40,795 nt of DNA from a virus (lineage: Duplodnaviria; Caudoviricetes), in IMG/VR virus record IMGVR_UViG_3300023210_000076, positions 1 to 40,795 of that record, one strand, 5' to 3'. Numbering within the stretch: position 1 is the stretch's first letter; every line of letters begins with the position of its first letter. This document shows, in pieces, positions 28,284 through 35,379 of this stretch. The translations under genes were made by a program, and so were the position numbers. A model generated the notes under the pieces. The model worked only from the letters and a program-made list of their open reading frames with translations. It was not told the origin of the DNA and did not search any database.

Positions 28284-30005
28284 CTAAATAGTATCCAAAC
28301 CAGCTACAAACACTTTACCATAAAATTCTGGACGAACCATTTTCTTAGCATAACGTGTCATCACACCTTTTCTCGGAGTGAAGTTATCTGGATCATATAC
28401 CAATGGAGTCATGATAAGCGGTACATACGGAGCATAAACAGCACCTGTCTCTAGGAACTGAGATCCTCTATATCCCATTAATATAGCATTCTCAGTCATA
28501 TAAGGATTCTTATATACTTGGAATCTATTATTAATAGCACCTACTTTTTGAACACCCATTGCAAATTGCATCTTATCACCATCTGTATCGGCAGCATATC
28601 CAGGAATTGATTCAAGGATAGTTGCTACAGTAGGAGAACATACTAGGAAGTTTGCACCGCCACGTAATGTCAACTGATGAATTTTATTTGATACTTTTTG
28701 GATTTTAGTTCCTAAAGTTTGGAACCATGTTCCTTGGTTGTATGCTTGAGCCGTTGCATTTGATTGGACGAAGCTGTTAGAAGCTGCATCAAAATCATAT
28801 CCAATCTTAGCAGACCAACGTTCAGTTGTTTGAGCATTTTGGATTAACATATCTAAAATTTCCAAATCAATCTCTTGCGAAATATATTCAGATAACATAG
28901 ATGTCAATTCAGCTTCTGCATCAATTGAATGATAAGCATTTAAATCTTGAGCAAATTCTGGAGACCAGATAGCTTTCAATTTTCTTGTCTTAGCAACAAT
29001 TGCTTCAGATCTCATTTCAAGGTTAATCTCTGGGATGTCCAAAGTTGTACCAGTATTGTTACCGATAGCAGTTGGATCTTCAAAGTCACCTCTAGTGATA
29101 TCTGTTGGTTGTTTTTGGTAAGTTACAATAGCATCAGCTAAATCTGAATCAGCATCTACTAGGAATTCAATATGACCTTTGTCTTTTGAAATTCTTGTAA
29201 ATTCTGGATACACACCATCGATGTTAGTTGCAGTTACGTTGAATGCACGAACACCACGAAGATCTGGATTAGATAACGATGATGTTGGTATAGACAATAC
29301 TGTAAATGGACCATTTGCATTAGATACTACAGAACCAGAAAGTTCAGCATTATAATTAGTATACCAATCAAATTGAACTCCTGTTAAGTTACCACCTGAT
29401 GTAAATGCACCAGTACCTACAGCAACAGACCCTGTTCTTGCAGAAGTCACAGCATCAGCCAAAGCCAATGTTGATGAAGTAACGTCATTGATTGTATAAC
29501 CAAAACGTCCAGATCCGTAAAGACCTTCAGACGGAGCTGCTCCACCTGCTGCATCAGTTCCAAGACCACCTGCATCAGTAATACCAAATACAGAATCTCC
29601 TTGTGACGTACGTCCTTGACCTGTTAAAAAGTCATTTCCGCCGGCAGTTCCGTTACTTCCTTGAGCAGTACCATATTTAAAGTCTAAGAAAAATACTAGA
29701 CCAGATGGTAAGTTCATAGGTTGCACTGATACAAAGTCTTTCGCTGCTATTTCAGCAAAGATTCTACGTACCAATGGTAGAGCAACACCAGCCCATTCTT
29801 CTGCGTTAGCATCAGTTCCGGTTGAGTTTGCTTCTGAGACAAGTTGTTTAGCTTGGTTCTCTAATAGAACGGCCATCCCTCGTCTTTCGACCTCATTATC
29901 AATACCTTCCAATAAACCGGTTCTATACCACTTTTTTTCAAGTTGTATAGCTACGTTATTTTGGTTGGCACCTGTGTCATGAGGTAATAAAGAATTAATA
30001 TTCAT
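28284..30005 (-). CDS. gp23: Major capsid protein (T4 gp23-like)
   Basis: LLENQ, LPLVRR, VQPMNLPSGLVF, AKTRKLKA.W..E.AQDL.AYH.IDAEAEL, YAPYVPL, FTPRKGVMTRY. Confidence 0.96.
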   Translation of the reverse strand: MNINSLLPHDTGANQNNVAIQLEKKWYRTGLLEGIDNEVERRGMAVLLENQAKQLVSEANSTGTDANAEEWAGVALPLVRRIFAEIAAKDFVSVQPMNLPSGLVFFLDFKYGTAQGSNGTAGGNDFLTGQGRTSQGDSVFGITDAGGLGTDAAGGAAPSEGLYGSGRFGYTINDVTSSTLALADAVTSARTGSVAVGTGAFTSGGNLTGVQFDWYTNYNAELSGSVVSNANGPFTVLSIPTSSLSNPDLRGVRAFNVTATNIDGVYPEFTRISKDKGHIEFLVDADSDLADAIVTYQKQPTDITRGDFEDPTAIGNNTGTTLDIPEINLEMRSEAIVAKTRKLKAIWSPEFAQDLNAYHSIDAEAELTSMLSEYISQEIDLEILDMLIQNAQTTERWSAKIGYDFDAASNSFVQSNATAQAYNQGTWFQTLGTKIQKVSNKIHQLTLRGGANFLVCSPTVATILESIPGYAADTDGDKMQFAMGVQKVGAINNRFQVYKNPYMTENAILMGYRGSQFLETGAVYAPYVPLIMTPLVYDPDNFTPRKGVMTRYAKKMVRPEFYGKVFVAGLDTI

Positions 30006-30018
30006 TTTAATCTCCTTG

Positions 30019-30939
30019 TTATTTAAGATTAGCTAATTTCTTCCAACGTGCAGCAAGAGCATTACCTTCAGATAATATCTTTTTAGGTGCTGTCGATCTC
30101 GTTGCTTTAGAAGCATAGCTTTCTTTGACGATCTTTCGTCTTGTTTTGTTAACAGTGAATGATTCAGCTAATGTTCCGAAAACCAATTTAACTTCTCTGA
30201 GCGATTTTGCTCTATCGAAGTTTTCGATTACTTTCATTTTCTGAGACTCACTTAGTGGGTAGTTCCTAAACAATTTGTTTGAGAACAATAATTTTGCATT
30301 TAAAAGATTAACTTCGTTGATCTTACTTTTTAAGAATCTGATGACTTTATAAGCTTCTTCTAAATCAGCTTCAACTTCAGCTTCTTCAGTTTCTTCAACT
30401 TTTTCTTCTTCACCTTCTTCTTCACGTAATGCTTTAATAACTTCTTCAAGTGATACATCAGCATCATCTTCTTCGGTCATTTCAACTTCATCTTCATTTT
30501 CAGTCATATCTAATTCTTCTTCTTCAGATACGCCCATATCCGGTTCTGCGGATACTTCTTCATCATCCAATTCACGTAGAATGGCTTCAAGTTCTAAATC
30601 ATCTTCTTCAGACATTTCATCTTCGGCATAATCGCCTTCTTCAGACATTTCATCTTCAGCATAGTCGCCTTCTTCAGACATTTCATCTTCAGCATAGTCG
30701 CCTTCAGCAACTGGTTCTTCAACCTCTACTTCAGGTGCAACTGGTTCTCCAACCGCTACTTCCATGTCTTCTTCTTCTTCGATGTCCATTTCCATGTCTT
30801 CTTCTTCTGATAATTTTGCAGATAACATACTCTGTAATCTTGGGGTGAATGCTTCTTCTAATGCAATTTTTGCATTTGCTAGTGCTGTTTCCCTTACGGC
30901 TTTTGCGTCAGCAATTGCTTCTTTTAATAAATCTTTCAT
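30019..30939 (-). CDS. Prohead scaffold/core protein
   Basis: Highly acidic coiled coil directly upstream of capsid gene; many LxE sites; C-terminal RWKKLANL. Confidence 0.8.
   Translation of the reverse strand: MKDLLKEAIADAKAVRETALANAKIALEEAFTPRLQSMLSAKLSEEEDMEMDIEEEEDMEVAVGEPVAPEVEVEEPVAEGDYAEDEMSEEGDYAEDEMSEEGDYAEDEMSEEDDLELEAILRELDDEEVSAEPDMGVSEEEELDMTENEDEVEMTEEDDADVSLEEVIKALREEEGEEEKVEETEEAEVEADLEEAYKVIRFLKSKINEVNLLNAKLLFSNKLFRNYPLSESQKMKVIENFDRAKSLREVKLVFGTLAESFTVNKTRRKIVKESYASKATRSTAPKKILSEGNALAARWKKLANLK
30603..30701. repeat. 3 x 33-bp tandem repeat in scaffold gene (EGDYAEDEMSE)
   Basis: Units at 30603, 30636 and 30669; two identical, one with 2 synonymous changes. Confidence 0.92.
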
Positions 30940-30964
30940 AGATTTTTCTCCTAGTATTTAATTT

Positions 30965-31040
30965 GGAATAAGTTTATTGGAAACTTAATAATAATTGATT
31001 AATATATTATTGAGTGACTACGTATTGAACAGTAGTATCT
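30965..31040 (-). promoter_or_regulatory. Structured 5' leader of scaffold/capsid operon
   Basis: Hairpins ACTAC-TGTTCAATAC-GTAGT and TAAGTTT-CCAAT-AAACTTA between promoter motif (31051-31058) and AGGAG. Confidence 0.5.
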
Positions 31041-31219
31041 TGATACAATAATAAATACCGATGTGGAGACTTAAACCAGCGTATTAGCTAGTCTTTTTTA
31101 GAGAATTTTTGTAAAATAAATAAATGTAGCTTATTTATCATAACCAGGCTAATGAATATTAATAACCCTGATAGTATGTTTATTATGATTATTTCGGATA
31201 ATGGTATTGAGTTCACTCG

Positions 31220-31474
31220 TTAAAAAGCTTTCTCGTCGTTTATTTTTTGTATATATCTAGCATGGCTTAGTTCACGACGACGTCTAACAGATTCTTTTAT
31301 ATATTCTTTACGATCTCTATAATCTTCGATAACACCAGCATCTTTAACAGCACGTTTCCATTTTCCAATGGCTGCGTTAATATCACCATCTGGTCTTCTT
31401 TTAGTTGGAACGACTTTTGTTCCTAATGCATGACCAGGAATTATAGAATCTAGATGTCTTGTATGTTTACTCAT
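31220..31474 (-). CDS. rpsU: Phage-encoded ribosomal protein bS21
   Basis: DINAAIGKWKRAVKDAGVIEDYRDRKEYIKESVRRRR matches the bS21 pattern (I..AL..FKR.....G...E...R..Y.KPS..RR); C-terminal ARYIQ. Confidence 0.85.
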   Translation of the reverse strand: MSKHTRHLDSIIPGHALGTKVVPTKRRPDGDINAAIGKWKRAVKDAGVIEDYRDRKEYIKESVRRRRELSHARYIQKINDEKAF

Positions 31475-31500
31475 ATAACTTATTTTTGTTTATTTTATAT

Positions 31501-31530
31501 AATATAACAATTTATTTTCAATTGTCCTAA
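31501..31530 (-). promoter_or_regulatory. Bipartite promoter TTAGG-N18-TTATATT upstream of bS21
   Basis: Same elements and spacing as upstream of polymerase, ligase and HD operon. Confidence 0.65.
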
Positions 31531-31535
31531 TATTA

Positions 31536-31973
31536 TTAATACTTTCTTTCGTCTACATCATCTTCTTCTGTAATCGCAGAGCCTACTTTATAATACTTGT
31601 TAAGTACTGTACCCATATCATCATATGCAGATTCTAATCTTTGTTGTAGACCTGTCATTTCTTTTGATGTCTTTTCGAATACTTTATAAGCTTCGCTCAT
31701 TTGTTTCATGTGCCGAGATACGGTTACATTATCAAACCAATGTTCTGATTCTTGTAACGTCAATGCTTCTGCTTGTTGTACAATATTATTAAGTGTTTCA
31801 GCAACTTCTTCTAAAGTAGAATTTCTATATACCATTTCTCCTAGGCGGTGGTAATTAGCAACGGATTCTAAAAATGCTTTTTTGTCTTGTTTTTGCATTT
31901 TTGGATTTTCTTCTTCGCCAACATACTTTTCATTTAAGATATGTTGCATTAATTTGTTTTCCCATTTTTTCAT
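31536..31973 (-). CDS. Hypothetical helical head-cluster protein
   Basis: 145 aa coiled coil, leader ending ILNE; coupled stop/start at 31973. Confidence 0.7.
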   Translation of the reverse strand: MKKWENKLMQHILNEKYVGEEENPKMQKQDKKAFLESVANYHRLGEMVYRNSTLEEVAETLNNIVQQAEALTLQESEHWFDNVTVSRHMKQMSEAYKVFEKTSKEMTGLQQRLESAYDDMGTVLNKYYKVGSAITEEDDVDERKY

Positions 31974-32500
31974 TACGCATTTCCTTTTTTTGCACGTTGC
32001 AATGCTTTATATAAACCATCTAGATTTTTTTCTGCAGATTGTATATATCGTGATGCTTGATTTCTTAATTGTGATATCCGCATGTCACCCGTCTCTTCTT
32101 CATATTGATCAATACCACCAGCAACCATTTGTTCTAAATCACGAACTTCTTCTACTACTCTATCAACTTCTTCTATATATGTTTGCAATATAGATTGTAA
32201 GTCAGGAGCATCTTCAATACCAAATTCTGCTCGAGGTGCTTCATCCATAGTCTCTGTCATGACATGAACCATTACATTAACGCCATGCTTTCTTTTATAT
32301 TCTTTAGCGGCTTTAGTAGCTTTTTGTATGCTATTATATTTAATTGCATCTTTAACATCATCAGTAGTTCCATCTGCATATTCAGGTTCATATGTAACGA
32401 AGTTACCTGGTCCATTTAATAACGTCCAGAACTTACCTTCATTTAAAACTCTACTACTCTTAAAATCTTTTATCCATTTATATGAATCGAATTTGCTCAT
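31973..32500 (-). CDS. Hypothetical protein, putative internal head protein
   Basis: 175 aa, leader MSKFDSYKWIK...VLNE; SD TAAGGA. Confidence 0.65.
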   Translation of the reverse strand: MSKFDSYKWIKDFKSSRVLNEGKFWTLLNGPGNFVTYEPEYADGTTDDVKDAIKYNSIQKATKAAKEYKRKHGVNVMVHVMTETMDEAPRAEFGIEDAPDLQSILQTYIEEVDRVVEEVRDLEQMVAGGIDQYEEETGDMRISQLRNQASRYIQSAEKNLDGLYKALQRAKKGNA

Positions 32501-32509
32501 CTGTTATCC

Positions 32510-32767
32510 TTAAAATTCTATTTCTGGTGGAATGTTTCCTAACTGGTCTGGAATAGTACCAGTACCTTTTTTGCCTTGTGCATTAAATGGTCCATGTAGG
32601 CTAGCATGAGATGCATCTTCCAAACTATTAAATACAGACGCATCAGCAATTGGATTACCAAGCTGTGCATTTTCTGCAGGAGATACATTTGCTCCTAAAA
32701 TAGTCCCCGTACCTTTTTTGCCGGGATTTATCGGTCCATATGCCGATATTAAATCTGATAATGCCAT
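32510..32767 (-). CDS. Small Gly/Pro-rich protein with internal duplication
   Basis: 85 aa; GPINPGKKGTGTI and GPFNAQGKKGTGTI; QLGN twice. Confidence 0.65.
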   Translation of the reverse strand: MALSDLISAYGPINPGKKGTGTILGANVSPAENAQLGNPIADASVFNSLEDASHASLHGPFNAQGKKGTGTIPDQLGNIPPEIEF

Positions 32768-32768
32768 A

Positions 32769-33377
32769 TTAAAACTCCGTTATTATACTTGTTATTATAT
32801 TATTCACGCTTGAATACTTTTTAGCAATTACTTTACTTACCGATTCATTTACCGGTGATAGAAATGCTCCATGGGTAGATGGATTAGAAACAAAGTCAAA
32901 TGCTATTAATTCAAAGTCAGGTTGTACTTCAACAGTACCATCACCTTCGCGCATTACTTCTTTAACAGAACCCATACCTCTAGATGATATACCTAATTTA
33001 ATACCCGACTTAAATAATTCCTTTAAAATATTACCAGCCGGGGTTGATAATACTTCTACAGTACCGACAAGGTCATTTCCTTGCCAATCCATTCCTAGAA
33101 CATTATGAGATACGTTATTCAAGTTAACAACGGATGAATCTGGATGATCTAATTCTCCTAATGCTCTTCTTTCTTTAACATATGTATCTGCATATTTATG
33201 CGCTTCTCGCATTAATATTTTTTTTGGATAAACTCTACCGTTATGATTTTTTGCTTCTGCTCTTTGTAATACACCTGATACTACTAGCCGGCCTCCATTC
33301 TTTGTCAATGATTCGTTTATTTGATGCGGTGATACTTCAAATAAAGAATAATCTACTAAAAGTTGTCTATTATCCAT
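32769..33377 (-). CDS. gp21: Prohead core protease (T4 gp21-like)
   Basis: NHNGRVYP, ALGELDHP, VSH, TPAG, GISSRGMGS, DFVSNPS motifs. Confidence 0.95.
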   Translation of the reverse strand: MDNRQLLVDYSLFEVSPHQINESLTKNGGRLVVSGVLQRAEAKNHNGRVYPKKILMREAHKYADTYVKERRALGELDHPDSSVVNLNNVSHNVLGMDWQGNDLVGTVEVLSTPAGNILKELFKSGIKLGISSRGMGSVKEVMREGDGTVEVQPDFELIAFDFVSNPSTHGAFLSPVNESVSKVIAKKYSSVNNIITSIITEF

Positions 33378-33534
33378 TTTGTACTCCTTTAATAAATAAA
33401 CCGGAATTTATGAAAGCACGTTCATTATCAAACCGCTTTCGTTCATCGGCATATTTTCTTTTCTGTTCAGTTAAAGTCAATTTTTGATTTTCTTTAGCTT
33501 TGACAAATTGCTGCCATGTTCTATCTGGTATCAT
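33370..33534 (-). CDS. Small hypothetical protein (54 aa, missed by ORF track)
   Basis: MIPDRTWQQFVKAKENQKLTLTEQKRKYADERKRFDNERAFINSGLFIKGVQNG; ATGA overlap upstream, 8-nt overlap with protease, AAGGAG SD. Confidence 0.75.
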   Translation of the reverse strand: MIPDRTWQQFVKAKENQKLTLTEQKRKYADERKRFDNERAFINSGLFIKGVQNG

Positions 33535-34169
33535 TGTGATAACTCCTTTAATCTATTTGATATACGTGTCATACGTTCATTTATCTTTGCAAACCGTACT
33601 CCGGTTGATTTCCAAAAATGATTAGACTGTACGCCCATTTCCGTTTTTAATCGCAAATTGTTTTGTACTATCCTTTCCATTTCTTTTAGCATTTTATTAA
33701 CTTCATTGATACCTCTGTTAACTTTTTGCTGCGGAGTAGATGTAGGATCTTTTTTATACTCTCTATATGATATTGCTTCATTAACCTTAGATTTAATACC
33801 GTACATATCGGACATCATTTTTTTATAAGCAGATTTAGATTCAAATTTTTGTGTAGGCTTCATCTTTTTAAATATACGATTTGTTTTAGGAACTCTTTTC
33901 ATTCCTCCTTGGTCTATAGTATCATCATCTACTTTGCCAAATGCATTTGGAGTCATATATTCGCCACCGGCTGATGCAGTAGAATTCATTTCATCTAATT
34001 CGTCATCTTCTGATTTGCTAATTGCCTTTCTACGCTTCTTCAAATATTCATCTGACGCATCCACTTCGCCGTCATTGTCTATGTCATCATCTTCTTTTCC
34101 AACCGGGTCAAGTGTTGATTCGCTGATCAATGCCTTAAAGTGCTTTTCTATCTCATCTACTAATTTCAT
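33531..34169 (-). CDS. Hypothetical head-cluster protein with Dx[DN]xDG motif
   Basis: 212 aa; LDPVGKEDDDIDNDGEVDASDEYLKKRRKAI segment; LxE-type sites (LISE, LDE, VNE). Confidence 0.7.
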   Translation of the reverse strand: MKLVDEIEKHFKALISESTLDPVGKEDDDIDNDGEVDASDEYLKKRRKAISKSEDDELDEMNSTASAGGEYMTPNAFGKVDDDTIDQGGMKRVPKTNRIFKKMKPTQKFESKSAYKKMMSDMYGIKSKVNEAISYREYKKDPTSTPQQKVNRGINEVNKMLKEMERIVQNNLRLKTEMGVQSNHFWKSTGVRFAKINERMTRISNRLKELSQ

Positions 34170-34465
34170 TATTGTTGCCTTTTAAGTACATATATAACAG
34201 ATGCTGTTCCGCCAGTAATTTTTGATACAGATAATTCAATAACATCATTAGGTAAATTAGCAGCTAATATAGTTCCACCTCCAGATAAATGTATTGTAGC
34301 ACCACCAGGAGTTTTCATTACGACTGCACCATACCCATAATTTGATCCTGACAAGTCTAATTGACCACTAGTATAAGTAAGTACTGATGTATATCGGCCT
34401 GGATGGCCATGCGTTTCAAATTGGTTTATTTGAGACCCTGATGGTATTGGATATGGTCCGCTCAT
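34169..34465 (-). CDS. Small beta-rich putative virion protein
   Basis: 98 aa, Gly/Ser/Thr-rich, two SGS motifs; overlaps both neighbours. Confidence 0.6.
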   Translation of the reverse strand: MSGPYPIPSGSQINQFETHGHPGRYTSVLTYTSGQLDLSGSNYGYGAVVMKTPGGATIHLSGGGTILAANLPNDVIELSVSKITGGTASVIYVLKRQQ

Positions 34466-35307
34466 TTTTTACCCTTTAATTTTTTCAATTCATCTATAAG
34501 TTCGTAATATCGTAACATTGTTAATACGTCTTTATCTTCTGTGATATGTTTTTTTGATAAGCTCGATAACAATTTAACTACCTCTGTAATTTTTATACGC
34601 ACTACTTTACTAGGAATTGTTTGTTTCAATGATGTTAATTCTTTTTGGATGCCTCGCGATTGTGTATTAATATATTTTTTTAATTTCTCTGAATTCGTTA
34701 CATTATTAATATACTCTTTAAGAATGCGTTTCTGTGCCGGCGTTAAATGTCCGTATTTTGTATTGAATTTATCTATTAACATTTTTGATGCTAATATTCT
34801 AATATCATCATTCTCGTTGATTAATTTGTTTTTTGTTTCTTGCAATTTTTTAGTTGACTGGACATGTTCCATTACAAGAAATTTATTACGTAAATATTTT
34901 GCTGGCTCATCTGCTTCTGCATGTTCAAAAATATTATATACAGATGCATGCAATTTATAATTAGTAACACGTGATTTAAAAAACGATTCAATATTGAAAT
35001 GATCTTTAATCTGCTTAATGAGATTATATTTTTCACGTTTCAATGCACTTTCATTCAGCGTTCTACGTGCTGCTATCGCGGCATCGATGAATTTAGAAGC
35101 TAATGATTCTTTAATAAATGTATCATTTTGAATTGAATGATATAATTTTAGTTCTTTACCAAGTTCTGTATTTCCTCTAAAATGCTTATTTAATATATTT
35201 AAAGCTGCAGTTTTCGAGTTATTCATTGTCTCAACAGCTACTTGTCGTACAAGTAACTCAAATATCAATCCGGTATTCTTTACCTTTGAATGTTTTATCT
35301 TTTTCAT
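34462..35307 (-). CDS. Hypothetical head-cluster protein downstream of portal
   Basis: 281 aa basic helical protein, KIKHSKVKNTGLIFELLVRQ N-terminus; ATATTTAT at 35348-35355. Confidence 0.75.
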   Translation of the reverse strand: MKKIKHSKVKNTGLIFELLVRQVAVETMNNSKTAALNILNKHFRGNTELGKELKLYHSIQNDTFIKESLASKFIDAAIAARRTLNESALKREKYNLIKQIKDHFNIESFFKSRVTNYKLHASVYNIFEHAEADEPAKYLRNKFLVMEHVQSTKKLQETKNKLINENDDIRILASKMLIDKFNTKYGHLTPAQKRILKEYINNVTNSEKLKKYINTQSRGIQKELTSLKQTIPSKVVRIKITEVVKLLSSLSKKHITEDKDVLTMLRYYELIDELKKLKGKK

Positions 35308-35379
35308 GTAAAAGCGCCCTGTTAACTAGTAGTACACATCGTTTTTAATAAATATATGTTTTGACATAAATACCGCCTC

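Noticed and set aside
30603-30701. 33-bp repeats as a CRISPR array
   Set aside because: Head-to-tail with no spacers, in-frame coding, no cas genes
31060-31219. tRNA or other RNA gene in the spacer downstream of bS21
   Set aside because: AT-rich with no cloverleaf or strong stem visible by eye; tRNAscan/Infernal not run
32510-32767. GKKGTGT as a Walker A motif
   Set aside because: Lacks the GK[ST] lysine; protein too small for a P-loop fold
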